Shown here one piece after another: positions 18,816-31,186 of a DNA stretch of 64,000 nt. The notes under the pieces are model-generated. The model saw only the letters and a program-made list of their open reading frames with translations. It had not been told where the DNA came from and ran no database searches. Each line of letters begins with the position of its first letter. Position 1 is the stretch's first letter. A program made the translations under genes and the position numbers. This DNA comes from Candidatus Binatia bacterium (GTDB taxonomy: Bacteria; Desulfobacterota; Binatia; HRBIN30; JACQVA1): contig DATKMK010000063.1 of the NCBI GenBank assembly GCA_035541895.1, positions 140 through 64,139 of the forward strand, given 5' to 3'.

Positions 18816-20234
18816 TCACTCGAACTTCATCTCGCGGACGTCGCGGGCGATGCGGAGCGGCGCCGCCGTGGCGGCGCGGATGTCGTCGATGGTGACGCCG
18901 GGGGCACACTCGCGCAGCAGGAAGCCGTCGGCGTCGACATCGAGCCAGGCGAGATCGGTGACGACTGCCTTGACGCAGCCGAGCGCGGTCGCCGGGTAGC
19001 CCAAGCGCTCCACGAGCTTCGAACTGCCGTTGCGTTCGGTGTGGTAGCACATGGCGATGATGCGAGCGCCACCGGCGGCCAGGTCCATCGCGCCGCCGAT
19101 GCCGCCGCTGCTGCCTTCTGAGGTGCTCCAATTCGCCAGGTCGCCGTTCTGCGCGACCTGGAATGCCCCCAAGACGATGGTGGTGACGCGGCCGTTGCGG
19201 GCCATCGCAAACGACGTCGTCGAGTCGAAATAGGCCGTGCCGGACACGGGCGTCACTAGTTGACCGCTGGCGTTGTAGAGGTCGATGTCTTCCTCGCCCT
19301 CGGGGGGGAAGGCGCCGTAGCCGAGAATTCCGTTCTCCGAATGCAAAGTGATGTCGCGGCCGGCGATGAAGTTCGACACCAATGTCGGCAGACCGAGTCC
19401 GAGATTCACATACTCGCCTTCGCGCAGCAGCATCGCGGTCTTCATGGCCATGAGGTCCGCCGGCAGCCCGACCGGCCCGCCGTCCCCCAGCGCGCGGCCT
19501 TCCATGTTGTTGACCCGGCCGATCGTCTTGAGGATTTGCCGCAACACACCGACGTCGAGGTGCGTCGTCGTCTTGACCACGCGATCGACGAACACCCCCG
19601 GCGTCGCGACCGTTTCCGGATCGATCGCGCCGAGCGGGACGATTGCTTTGACCTCTGCAATCGTTGTCCTCGCGGCGGTGGCGAACGCCGGACCGAAGTT
19701 GCGCATGCCGCGACGATACGTGAGGTTGCCGGCCGGGTCGGCCTGATGCGCCTGCAGGAGCGCGAAGTCCGCGCGAATCGCGCGCTCGAAGAGATAGCGC
19801 TTGCCGTCGAACACGCGTTCTTCTTTCCCCTCGGCCATCTTCGTCCCGACGCCGGTTGGAGTGTAGAAGCCGGCCAACCCCGCCCCGCCAGCGCGCACGC
19901 GTTCGGCGAGCGTGCCTTGCGGCACCATCTCCAACTCGATCTCCTTGGCCTTCACCATCTCGCTGATCGGCGACGGGATGGTGACCGAGCCGACGTAGCT
20001 GCAAATCAGCTTGCGAATTTGTTTCTTGTCGGCGAGCACGTTGAGCGACGTCGGACCGCCTGCGGGCGTGTTGCAGATGACGGTGAGATTCTTCACGCCG
20101 CGATCGGCGAGCGCGAGCAGACAGTCGGTCGGCCACGCTTGCGGCGGTCCGAAGCTGTGAACGAGAATGGATGCGCCGTCCGGAATGTCGGCCACGGCCT
20201 GGTGTGCGGTCTCACAGATCTGTTTGGTCGCCAT
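18816..20234 (-). CDS. 3-oxoacid CoA-transferase, fused A and B subunits
   Basis: MATKQICETAHQAVADIPDGASILVHSFG (subunit A start) and LHSENGILG (subunit B catalytic Glu motif). ATG at 20252 is an alternative start. Confidence 0.85.
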   Translation of the reverse strand: MATKQICETAHQAVADIPDGASILVHSFGPPQAWPTDCLLALADRGVKNLTVICNTPAGGPTSLNVLADKKQIRKLICSYVGSVTIPSPISEMVKAKEIELEMVPQGTLAERVRAGGAGLAGFYTPTGVGTKMAEGKEERVFDGKRYLFERAIRADFALLQAHQADPAGNLTYRRGMRNFGPAFATAARTTIAEVKAIVPLGAIDPETVATPGVFVDRVVKTTTHLDVGVLRQILKTIGRVNNMEGRALGDGGPVGLPADLMAMKTAMLLREGEYVNLGLGLPTLVSNFIAGRDITLHSENGILGYGAFPPEGEEDIDLYNASGQLVTPVSGTAYFDSTTSFAMARNGRVTTIVLGAFQVAQNGDLANWSTSEGSSGGIGGAMDLAAGGARIIAMCYHTERNGSSKLVERLGYPATALGCVKAVVTDLAWLDVDADGFLLRECAPGVTIDDIRAATAAPLRIARDVREMKFE

Positions 20235-20355
20235 GGCCGCTCCGCATTCCATGCCGAACGCAGGCGGTCAAGTTGGGCGTGTGCCGGCGCGACCAGAGAG
20301 TTGAGATCGCGCCGGCGGCCGGCAGACTGTTGGGGGGCGACGACGGCCGGCTAAT

Positions 20356-21246
20356 TCATTCGGGGCGAAACTGGTCGAGGATCCGCTCGCGCGGCCGCGC
20401 GGCCCCACGGAGCTCTTCGTGGCGCGCGTGCACCAACTCTTCGTAGGTCGGCGAGGGCTCCGGCGTGCGATAGAAAATTCCCGTGTACAGCTCGGTGCCG
20501 TAGGCTTGCGCCAGATCCATCGCGCGCAAGCGGTCGGCGGGATTGTGGCCAAGCTTGCTCAGGCTCTGCATCTTCAGCTTGTGCACCTTGAGTTGCGCGT
20601 CGGGCTCACCGAAGGTGACGCAGGGCGATTGCACGTTGACGAAGGCGAAGCCGGGGAAACGAATCGCTTCCCTGATGATTTGTTCCAAGCCGACCATGTC
20701 GGCCGGCGTGCCCTGCGCGACGAAGCCGGCGCCGTAGCCCAGCACGTATAAGAGCGGGTTCACGGGCGCTTCCAAGCTGCCGAAGCTTGAGGTGACGGTC
20801 TTCAATCCGCGCGGGGATGTCGGGGACAACTGGCCTTTGGTGAGGCCGTAGATCTGGTTGTCCATCACGAGGTAGGTGAGGTCGGCGTTGCGTCGGATGG
20901 CGTGGGCGACGTGCCCGCCGCCGATCGAGAAACCGTCGCCGTCGCCGCCGGCCACCAGAACCAGGAGGCTGGGGTTAGCCAACTTGATGCCCTGAGCGAT
21001 CGGTAGTGCGCGGCCATGGACGGTGTTGAACCCGTACGCCGTGGTGTAACCGGGGATGCGGCTCGAACAGCCGATGCCCGAGACGAATGCGATCTCGTGC
21101 GGCGGGCGGCCAATGGCGGCAAGGGCACGGTAGATCGCGCTCAGCACCCCGAAGTCGCCACAGCCCGGGCACCAAATGGGCTTCAGGTCGCTCTGATATT
21201 CTTTGGGAAGATGTTGCTCGGCTACCGCTGCGGCAACGCTGGTCAT
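20356..21246 (-). CDS. korB: 2-oxoacid:ferredoxin oxidoreductase subunit beta (TPP-binding)
   Basis: WCPGCGDFGVL and GGDGDGFSIGGGH motifs. Start taken at MTSVAAA (GGGAG RBS upstream). The track start at 21282 would overlap korA. Confidence 0.9.
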   Translation of the reverse strand: MTSVAAAVAEQHLPKEYQSDLKPIWCPGCGDFGVLSAIYRALAAIGRPPHEIAFVSGIGCSSRIPGYTTAYGFNTVHGRALPIAQGIKLANPSLLVLVAGGDGDGFSIGGGHVAHAIRRNADLTYLVMDNQIYGLTKGQLSPTSPRGLKTVTSSFGSLEAPVNPLLYVLGYGAGFVAQGTPADMVGLEQIIREAIRFPGFAFVNVQSPCVTFGEPDAQLKVHKLKMQSLSKLGHNPADRLRAMDLAQAYGTELYTGIFYRTPEPSPTYEELVHARHEELRGAARPRERILDQFRPE

Positions 21247-21253
21247 GGATGCT

Positions 21254-23041
21254 TCACTCCCGCGGCTCGGTTTGTGGGACACGACGGCGCTGCAGTGCCA
21301 GCGTCATCTCGCGCGCGCGCGTGAGCACTTCGTCGGCGACAATTGGATTGGAGCCGGCGCGTGCGAACGACTCGATCCCGGCGGGCACGTCGACGAACAT
21401 TCGAATGATGTGGTGGAGCTGGCCTTGATACGACTGCTCGACGATCAGCCCAGCCTGTACCGACGCGAAGAAGTCGGCGTAGATCTCCTCCGCGACCGGA
21501 TACAGCAGCTTTGGAATCAGGAGCTTGACGCGCAGTCCGTCCGCTTGCGCGAGCCGGAGGGCCTCGCGCGCGACGCCGGCAACGCTGCCCCACCCGACGA
21601 GTGCGATCGGCGCATCGGCGGGGCCTTCGATGACGAACAGATCGCGCCGTTGCTTGAGCGGGTGAAATTTCTTCAGCCGCTTCTCGGTCATGCGCGCGTG
21701 CATTTCGCCGCTCGCCGTGGGCGCACCGTGCTCGTTGTGCTCGATACCCGACGCCAAATAGTTCCCACCCGGCTCGCCCGGCTGGCTGATTGGGCTGATC
21801 CCGCTCTCGGTGATGCGGAAGCGCGTGTAGTGCTCCAGTTCGGCAGCGGTCGGGCGGCGGCGCTCGACGATGCGGAACGCGCTGGTGTCGATCGGCCGCA
21901 CGGTCTCTTTGCGTTGCGCGATCTCCTGATCCGAGAGAACGATGACGGGAGTCTGATATTGCTCGGCGATGTTGAATGCCTCGACCGTGATGCCGAAGGT
22001 GTCGGCGACGCTGATGGGAGCGAGCACCGGGCGCACCACATCGCCGTGCGCCGAAAACACCGCTTGCAGCAGATCGGCCTGCTCGCTCTTGGTCGGCAGA
22101 CCGGTTGACGGCCCCCCGCGTTGGACGTTGACGCACACCAACGGCAACTCGGCGATGCTAGCGAGGCCGAGCATCTCGGTTTTCAGCGACATGCCGGGCC
22201 CGGACGTGGCGGTCAGCGCCTTTTTGCCCGCGAACGATGCACCGACCACTGCCCCGATGCCGGCGATCTCGTCCTCGGCTTGCAGTACGGTGCCGCCGTA
22301 TTTCCAAATCTCGCGGCTCAGGAACTGCATGATCTCGGTCGACGGCGTGATCGGATAGCCGCCGAAGAAGTCGCAACCGGCGAAGATCGCAGCAGCCGCA
22401 CACAGTTCATTCCCGTCAACCAGGAGCGGCCTCTCGCCCGCGACGGCCGGAGCCATCTTCCATTCCGTGCGCAACGGGTTGGCCGCCGCATGCGCGATGC
22501 CGGCCGTGAAGGCTCGCTCGTTCGCTGCCAACACTTCCGGAGTCTTCTTCCCGAACTTCTTGCGGATGCCGGCAAGAATGCTGTCACGCGCAATGCCGAA
22601 CCAGCCGGCGAGAAGTCCGAGCACCACGGTGTTCTTCGCTCTATCGGTGCCGGCTGTCTGCTTGGCGATGTCGCCGACGGGTACGGCCACGACTTCGGCT
22701 GGCGAGACGCCGGCGAGTGGAATCCGGTCAGGTGCGACGCCGGTTTTGCTGTCGTAAATCACGACGGTGTGGCCGTTTACCGGTAGCTCAGCGCCGAACT
22801 TCAGGAAATCTTCCCAGTTCAGAGCGATCGCAACGTCGAGCGTGCCGCCGGAATTGAGCACTTCGCGATTTGAGATCCGCAGCCGGCAGGACGACTCGCC
22901 GCCGCGAATCTGCGAGCCGAAGCTCTTGGTCATGATCGCGTGATAGCCTTCGAGGGCAGCGGCGGTGATCAACGATTCGCCGGCCGAGACGACGCCGTCG
23001 CCGCCGGAGCCGGCCATGCCGATGATAAGATCGGTCCGCAT
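21254..23041 (-). CDS. korA: 2-oxoacid:acceptor oxidoreductase subunit alpha
   Basis: MRTDLIIGMAGSGGDGVVSAGE...GGYPITPSTEIM...TSGPGMSLK motifs. Confidence 0.9.
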   Translation of the reverse strand: MRTDLIIGMAGSGGDGVVSAGESLITAAALEGYHAIMTKSFGSQIRGGESSCRLRISNREVLNSGGTLDVAIALNWEDFLKFGAELPVNGHTVVIYDSKTGVAPDRIPLAGVSPAEVVAVPVGDIAKQTAGTDRAKNTVVLGLLAGWFGIARDSILAGIRKKFGKKTPEVLAANERAFTAGIAHAAANPLRTEWKMAPAVAGERPLLVDGNELCAAAAIFAGCDFFGGYPITPSTEIMQFLSREIWKYGGTVLQAEDEIAGIGAVVGASFAGKKALTATSGPGMSLKTEMLGLASIAELPLVCVNVQRGGPSTGLPTKSEQADLLQAVFSAHGDVVRPVLAPISVADTFGITVEAFNIAEQYQTPVIVLSDQEIAQRKETVRPIDTSAFRIVERRRPTAAELEHYTRFRITESGISPISQPGEPGGNYLASGIEHNEHGAPTASGEMHARMTEKRLKKFHPLKQRRDLFVIEGPADAPIALVGWGSVAGVAREALRLAQADGLRVKLLIPKLLYPVAEEIYADFFASVQAGLIVEQSYQGQLHHIIRMFVDVPAGIESFARAGSNPIVADEVLTRAREMTLALQRRRVPQTEPRE

Positions 23042-23170
23042 AGCGAGATCGTTGAGCAAGGGGGATGCCGATGGGTTCTTTTCGGGGCCGCGCCGCACGA
23101 TGGCGAGACAATTCGCGACCGCGTGAGGCGTGACCGTTCCGCTTCGCATCGGCGAGAATCGGCGGGCACC

Positions 23171-23199
23171 TCGACGGCGCCGGCAGACTTCCCTATAAT
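23171..23199 (+). promoter_or_regulatory. candidate sigma70-type promoter upstream of the ParC/GyrA-like gene
   Basis: TCGACG (-35-like), a 17-nt spacer, then a perfect TATAAT at 23194-23199, about 85 nt upstream of the ATG at 23284. Confidence 0.3.
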
Positions 23200-23283
23200 T
23201 CGTTCGAGTGCGGCGGTGGAGCGGTGGATTGGCAGAGCCCGCCGGGTTCCCCGAGCGAATTTCTCGGAACGTGAGTCGAATGT

Positions 23284-25599
<2,316 letters not shown>

Positions 25600-25716
25600 G
25601 AAAATCCTCCGAGGGTCAGGAGGGAGTTGCTTCCGCACCTGGACGCCGGTTGAATTCCCGTCGGCCACTGTGGCAAGGGCAGTTCGTCAGATCGACGACA
25701 TTTGGAGGAGATACGC

Positions 25717-26193
25717 ATGGAACAGATTCGTTTCGATGACATCGAGGGCTTGCGCAAACACGTCAGCGAGGAGTTCGGCGATTGGGGGCCGGAGGTCGAG
25801 GTCTCGCAAGAGATGATCAACAAGTTTGCCGACATCACCGGCGATCATCAGTGGATCCACGTCGACGTCGAACGCTGCAAGCGCGAGAGCCCGTTCAAGA
25901 CGCCGATCGCGCACGGCTTCCTGACCCTGAGCCTGCTCCCGACGCTGCGCTCGGGCGCCAAGTTTGCAATCGCCGGCTACGGCAACGCCACCAACTACGG
26001 CGCCGACAAGCTGCGATTCGTCAGCCCCGTCCCAGCCGGCAGCAAGATCCACGCGCGCTCACGCTTGGTCGCCGCCGATCCCAAGCCGAAGGGAACGCAG
26101 ATCACGCAGGAAGTCGCCGTGCATGTGGTCGGCAGCGATCGGCCTGCGCTGCTCTACACGATGCTGGTACTGTACCACCCAGCGATGAAGTAA
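25717..26193 (+). CDS. MaoC-like (R)-specific enoyl-CoA hydratase / dehydratase
   Basis: FADITGDHQWIHVDVERCKRESPFKTPIAHGFLTLSL hot-dog motif. A GGAGGAG RBS sits immediately upstream of ATG 25717. Confidence 0.85.
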   Translation: MEQIRFDDIEGLRKHVSEEFGDWGPEVEVSQEMINKFADITGDHQWIHVDVERCKRESPFKTPIAHGFLTLSLLPTLRSGAKFAIAGYGNATNYGADKLRFVSPVPAGSKIHARSRLVAADPKPKGTQITQEVAVHVVGSDRPALLYTMLVLYHPAMK

Positions 26194-26208
26194 AGGGTCG
26201 AATGAGAT

Positions 26209-26230
26209 GGGCAGGCACCGGGGCCTGCCC
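26209..26230. terminator. hairpin between convergent MaoC and ald genes (also a REP-like motif copy)
   Basis: GGGCAGGC-accggg-GCCTGCCC: 8-bp stem, followed by CTAC. It abuts the ald stop codon. Confidence 0.5.
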
Positions 26231-27340
26231 CTACACCAACTGCATCACCGGCACGTACTTGACGCCGAAGGTTTCGGCGACGCCCGGATGAGTGACCTGA
26301 CCGCGGAAGGTGTTGACGCCGCGTTGCAACGTGACGTCCGCTTCGAGGGCACGCTTCACGCCCTTGTCCGCCAGCTCGATTGCGTACGACAACGTGGCGT
26401 TGGTGAGTGCGTAGGTCGAGGTGTGCGGCACGATACCGGGCATGTTGGTCACGCAGTAATGCACGATGCGTTCGGCGACGTAGATCGGATCGTGGTGGCT
26501 GGTCGGGCGTGAGGTCTCGGCGCAGCCGCCTTGGTCGATCGCGATGTCGACCAGCGCGGCGCCCGGCTTCATCGCCCGCAGCAGTTTCCGCGTGATCAGC
26601 TTCGGTGCCTTCGCGCCCGGGATCAGCACCGCGCCGATGACCAAGTCGGCGCTCACCAGTTCTTCCTCGATGTTGGCCGCGTTGGACATGACCGTCGTTA
26701 CGTGCCCGCCGAGGATGTCGTGGAGATAGCGCAGCTTCGCCGGGTTCTTGTCGATGATGCTGACATGCGCGCCGACACCGACGGCGACTTGGCAGGCGTT
26801 CGCGCCGGCGACGCCGGCGCCGATCACAACCACCTTCGCCGGCCGGACACCGGAGGCGCCGCTGAGCAGGACGCCGCAGCCGCCGTTTTGCGCTTGCAAG
26901 CACCACGCACCGACCTGAATCGACAAGCGGCCGGCGACTTCACTCATCGGCGCCAGCAACGGCAATGCGCCGTCGTCGAGTTCGATGGTTTCGTATCCGA
27001 TCGCGGTGACACGCTTCTTTTGCAACGTGCGGGTGAGAGCTTCGTCGGCCGCCAGATGCAAATACGTGAACACCACCAACCCGTCGCGCAAGAAACGAAA
27101 CTCTGCGCGTAGCGGTTCCTTCACCTTGAGGATCATCTCGGCGCGGCCCCACACGTCGCGTCGGCTGGCCATCTGGGCGCCGGCTGCACGATAGCGCGCA
27201 TCGGGAATGCCGCTGCCGTTCCCGGCGCCACGCTCGACCAGCACGCGATGGCCGCGCCCGACCAACGCGCTGACGCCGCTCGGGGTAATTGCCACGCGAT
27301 TCTCTTCGGGTTTGATCTCTCTCGGTACGCCGATAATCAT
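26231..27340 (-). CDS. ald: alanine dehydrogenase
   Basis: MIIGVPREIKPEENRVAITPSGV and VVVIGAGVAGANA Rossmann motif; 369 aa. Confidence 0.92.
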   Translation of the reverse strand: MIIGVPREIKPEENRVAITPSGVSALVGRGHRVLVERGAGNGSGIPDARYRAAGAQMASRRDVWGRAEMILKVKEPLRAEFRFLRDGLVVFTYLHLAADEALTRTLQKKRVTAIGYETIELDDGALPLLAPMSEVAGRLSIQVGAWCLQAQNGGCGVLLSGASGVRPAKVVVIGAGVAGANACQVAVGVGAHVSIIDKNPAKLRYLHDILGGHVTTVMSNAANIEEELVSADLVIGAVLIPGAKAPKLITRKLLRAMKPGAALVDIAIDQGGCAETSRPTSHHDPIYVAERIVHYCVTNMPGIVPHTSTYALTNATLSYAIELADKGVKRALEADVTLQRGVNTFRGQVTHPGVAETFGVKYVPVMQLV

Positions 27341-27450
27341 GGCGCGAAGCCTAAAACTTCAACCGCGAAACGTAAAGAGAACCTCATCAATCGAACCGCC
27401 TTCCGAGCGACCTTTACATCACCGCGCCTCCGTTGTACGCGAGGACGACG

Positions 27451-28299
27451 ATGTCTCACATCATCGACGGCAAGGCGGTGGCGGCGGCGGTGCGAGAGGA
27501 AGTGCGCGCTGCGGTGGCGGAGTTGCAGCGCACGCGCGGCATTGTGCCGGGCCTGGCGACCGTGCTGGTTGGTGACGACCCGGCATCGGCGACCTATGTG
27601 CGCAGTAAGCACAAGGCGTGTGCGGAGCTGCAGATCAATTCGATCCGCTACGATTTGCCGGCTACGACCACCCAGGCCGAGTTGCACGCGGTGGTCGTCG
27701 AACTCAATCGACGCTCCGACGTGCATGCGATTCTGGTGCAACTGCCGCTTCCACCGCACCTCGATCCGTTGCCGATCCTCGAGGCAATCGATCCACGCAA
27801 GGACGTCGATGGTTTGCATCCGATCAGCCAAGGCCGCCTGATGTCGGGGCAACCGGGATTGCGTCCGTGTACGCCGCTGGGTGTGATGCGGTTGCTCGAT
27901 TCCACCGGTGTCGATTTGAAAGGTAAGCGAGCGGTGGTGGTCGGGCGGAGCAATCTGGTCGGCAAGCCGGTCGCGTTCCTGTTGCTCGAACGCCACGCCA
28001 CCGTCACGCTCTGTCACTCGCGCACGCGCGATCTCGCCGACGAAGTCGGCCGCGCCGAAGTGCTGGTCGCGGCGATGGGCAAGGCCGAGTTCGTCCGCGG
28101 TGCTTGGATTCGACCGGGTGCGATCGTCATCGACGTGGGCACCTCGCGCCGCGCCGACGGCAAGTTGATCGGCGATGTCGAGTTTGCGGCCGCGCGCGAG
28201 CGCGCGGCATTCATCACCCCGGTGCCGGGCGGCGTCGGGCCGATGACTATCGCCATGTTGTTGCACAACACCGTGACTGCGGCGCAGCGCGTGCGCTGA
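27451..28299 (+). CDS. folD: bifunctional methylenetetrahydrofolate dehydrogenase/cyclohydrolase
   Basis: [12 protein letters not shown]...[16 protein letters not shown]...VQLPLP...DVDG...TPLG...[12 protein letters not shown]...[10 protein letters not shown]. Confidence 0.92.
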   Translation: MSHIIDGKAVAAAVREEVRAAVAELQRTRGIVPGLATVLVGDDPASATYVRSKHKACAELQINSIRYDLPATTTQAELHAVVVELNRRSDVHAILVQLPLPPHLDPLPILEAIDPRKDVDGLHPISQGRLMSGQPGLRPCTPLGVMRLLDSTGVDLKGKRAVVVGRSNLVGKPVAFLLLERHATVTLCHSRTRDLADEVGRAEVLVAAMGKAEFVRGAWIRPGAIVIDVGTSRRADGKLIGDVEFAAARERAAFITPVPGGVGPMTIAMLLHNTVTAAQRVR

Positions 28300-28312
28300 G
28301 CCGGCACCCCCG

Positions 28313-29398
28313 ATGGCTGTCAAGCGGACGCCGCTCCACGACGCCCACGCGGCCTTGGGCGCGCGCTTCGTCGAGTTCGGCGGCTGGGAAATGCCGGTGC
28401 AGTACAGCGGCATCATCGACGAACACACCGCGGTGCGCACCCGCGCCGGCCTGTTCGACGTCAGCCACATGGGCGAGATCGAGATCGCCGGCCCGGCGGC
28501 ATTCGATACCTGCCAGCAATTGACCGTCAACGACGTCGCGCGCCTGCACGACGGGGAGGCGCAGTATTCGCTGCTGTGTTTGCCGAACGGTGGCGTCGTC
28601 GACGACATCATGGTGCATCGGCTGGCCGTGGATCGCTACCTGTTCTGCGTCAACGCGTCGAACGCCGACGGCGACTTTGGATGGATGCACGAGCATCGCG
28701 GCAACGCCGCGGTCATCAATCGCAGCAACGACTTTGCGCTGCTCGCGTTGCAAGGGCCGCGGGCGACCGCCATCCTCGCTCGCCTCACAACGCTGCCCCT
28801 CGATCGCATTGCGCCGTTTGGGTTCGCCGAAGGCGAGATCACGGGCCAGCACGCGCTGGTGGCGCACACCGGATATACCGGCGAAGACGGGTGGGAGATC
28901 TACTGCGCGCCCGATCGCGTGCGCATCGTGTGGGATCGGCTGCTCGAAGTCGGCGCGAAGGACGGGCTGGTGCCGTGCGGGTTGGGCGCACGCGACACCT
29001 TGCGCCTCGAACGCTGTCTCCCGTTGTACGGCCACGAGCTGACCACCGAGACCACGCCGCTGGAAGCCGGCCTCGGCTGGGTGGTGCGTTTGAACAAGGG
29101 CGAGTTCATCGGCGGCGACGCGTTGCGCGAACAAAAGCGGCGTGGCCTGGCGCGCAAACTCGTCGGGTTTGAGTTGACGGAAGCCGGGATTCCACGGCAA
29201 GGTTATCCAATTGTCGATGACGGAAACGTGATCGGTTGCGTGACGAGCGGGACGAAGTCTCCCACTCTTGGCAAGGCAATTGGACTAGGCTATGTGCCGG
29301 CAGCGTCGGCAAACGTGGGTACCAAGTTGGCCATCGAAATCCGCGGTCGCCGCGTGGCCGCGGTGACGGTTCAGCTTCCGTTCTATCGGCGCTCCTGA
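28313..29398 (+). CDS. gcvT: glycine cleavage system aminomethyltransferase (T protein)
   Basis: KRTPLHDAHAALGARFVEFGGWEMPVQY...HTAVRTRAGLFDVSHMGE. Confidence 0.95.
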   Translation: MAVKRTPLHDAHAALGARFVEFGGWEMPVQYSGIIDEHTAVRTRAGLFDVSHMGEIEIAGPAAFDTCQQLTVNDVARLHDGEAQYSLLCLPNGGVVDDIMVHRLAVDRYLFCVNASNADGDFGWMHEHRGNAAVINRSNDFALLALQGPRATAILARLTTLPLDRIAPFGFAEGEITGQHALVAHTGYTGEDGWEIYCAPDRVRIVWDRLLEVGAKDGLVPCGLGARDTLRLERCLPLYGHELTTETTPLEAGLGWVVRLNKGEFIGGDALREQKRRGLARKLVGFELTEAGIPRQGYPIVDDGNVIGCVTSGTKSPTLGKAIGLGYVPAASANVGTKLAIEIRGRRVAAVTVQLPFYRRS

Positions 29399-29407
29399 GG
29401 AGGCGGC

Positions 29408-29797
29408 ATGGAGTTCCCTGAAGACTTGAAATATTCGAAAGAGCACGAGTGGGTGCTCGTCGAAGGTGACGTGGCGACCATCGGCATCACGGATTACGCG
29501 CAAGAACAACTCGGCGACATCGTGTTCGTCGAATTGCCAGCCGTCGGCGACAAGGCGGGCAAAGACGAAGCCTTTTCGGTCGTTGAATCCGTCAAGGCGG
29601 TTTCGGACGTGTACGCGCCGGTGTCGGGTAAGGTGCTGGAGGTTAACGACGACCTGCCGGACAGCCCCGAGATGTTGAACGAAGATCCGTACGGCGACGG
29701 TTGGATGGTCAAAATCGAGATGAGCGACAAGACCGACCTCGACGACCTCATGACCTCCGCCGAGTACGAGGAATTCGTCGCGCAGGAAAAAGAGTAG
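29408..29797 (+). CDS. gcvH: glycine cleavage system H protein
   Basis: YSKEHEWV...GITDYAQEQLGDIVFVELP...VESVKAVSDVYAP (lipoyl-Lys motif). Confidence 0.95.
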   Translation: MEFPEDLKYSKEHEWVLVEGDVATIGITDYAQEQLGDIVFVELPAVGDKAGKDEAFSVVESVKAVSDVYAPVSGKVLEVNDDLPDSPEMLNEDPYGDGWMVKIEMSDKTDLDDLMTSAEYEEFVAQEKE

Positions 29798-29848
29798 CGG
29801 CTCGCCAGCGACTGGCCGGTGCTTTGCCGGCGCCCTTCCAGTCATCCG

Positions 29849-31186
29849 ATGCGCTTCATTCCACACACGCCTGACGACGTGCGAGCCATGCTCGAAGTCG
29901 TTGGGGTCAACTCGGTGGCTGAGTTGTTTGCCGATGTGCCGGTTGCGCTGCGTGACCGCGCGCACCTGAGCCTTCCCCCGGGCGCGTCGGAGGCGGCGGT
30001 GCGGGCGCGCTTGGAATCGCTCGCCGCGCGCAACCAGGGCGCGCAGTGCCGATCGTTTCTGGGCGGCGGTGCCTACGCGCATTTTGTACCGGCGGTCGTC
30101 GATCAGATTCTGCAGCGAGCCGAATTCTATTCCGCCTATACGCCCTACCAGCCGGAGGTGAGCCAAGGCACGCTCCAGGCCATCTTCGAATTTCAGTCGT
30201 TGGTCGCCATGCTGTTCGATCAGGACGTCGCGAACGCCAGCATGTACGACGGCGCGTCGGCGACCGCCGAGGCGGTGCTGATGGCTTTGCGCGTGCGTCC
30301 CAAACGACCCCGCGTACTGGTGTCGCGCGCATTGCACCCGCACTATCGTCAAACCATTGCGACCTATCTGGCCGGCGCCGGCGATGCCGAGGTGGTCGAG
30401 ATCGGCTTCGACGATTCGGGTGCGATCGACCGCGCGGCGTTGCGTGCGGCGCTCAACCCGCAAACCGCCGCGGTGGTGGTCGGCTACCCGAATTTCTTCG
30501 GTGTCATCGAGCCCCTCGATGACATCGTGTCGGCCGCCCACGCACACGAGACGCTGGTCGTGTCGGCGACGGCCGAGGCCCTCGCGCTCGGTGCAATCAA
30601 GGCGCCCGGCAGCAGCGGTGTGGACATTGCCGTCGGCGAAGGCCAGAGCCTCGGCGTTCCGCTCGCGTACGGTGGGCCGGGTTGCGGTTTGTTCGCGACC
30701 CGCAGCGAGCACGTCCGCTTGATGCCCGGCCGACTGGTCGGCGAAACCGTCGACGGCGGTGGGCGGCGCGGCTACGTGCTGACGCTGGCGACCCGCGAGC
30801 AACATATTCGGCGCGAGAAAGCCACGTCGAACATTTGTACCAACCAAGGCCTCATCGCATTGGCGATTACAGTCTTCCTGTCCACGGTGGGGAAACAGGG
30901 ATTGCGTGACCTCGCGTTGGCGAACCTCCGGCGCGCGCACGGCGCGGCGAGCGCGCTGTGCCGCAGCGGGCGCTGGTGCCGGCGATTCTCCGGGCCGATC
31001 TTCAACGAGTTCGTGATGAGCGGCGGCGATGTACGTGCGGCGATCCGTGCCGCGCAAGATCGCGGCGTGTTGGCGGGTGTCCCGCTCGGTACGTGGTATC
31101 CCGAGCTGGAAGACGCCATGCTGGTGTGCGCGACCGAAGTGAACACCGATGCCGACGTGGCGGCGTTGGTCGAGGCGATCGCATGA
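29849..31186 (+). CDS. gcvPA: glycine dehydrogenase (aminomethyl-transferring) subunit 1
   Basis: MRFIPHTPDDVRAMLEVVG...FLGGGAY.HFVPAVV...YTPYQPE.SQG.LQ. Confidence 0.93.
   Translation: MRFIPHTPDDVRAMLEVVGVNSVAELFADVPVALRDRAHLSLPPGASEAAVRARLESLAARNQGAQCRSFLGGGAYAHFVPAVVDQILQRAEFYSAYTPYQPEVSQGTLQAIFEFQSLVAMLFDQDVANASMYDGASATAEAVLMALRVRPKRPRVLVSRALHPHYRQTIATYLAGAGDAEVVEIGFDDSGAIDRAALRAALNPQTAAVVVGYPNFFGVIEPLDDIVSAAHAHETLVVSATAEALALGAIKAPGSSGVDIAVGEGQSLGVPLAYGGPGCGLFATRSEHVRLMPGRLVGETVDGGGRRGYVLTLATREQHIRREKATSNICTNQGLIALAITVFLSTVGKQGLRDLALANLRRAHGAASALCRSGRWCRRFSGPIFNEFVMSGGDVRAAIRAAQDRGVLAGVPLGTWYPELEDAMLVCATEVNTDADVAALVEAIA

Noticed and set aside
27341-27450. Possible glycine riboswitch upstream of folD-gcv
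   Set aside because: No GGAGAG...CACCG...GGGGCAA-type conserved cores were seen by eye, and the leader is short. An Infernal scan is needed to be sure.
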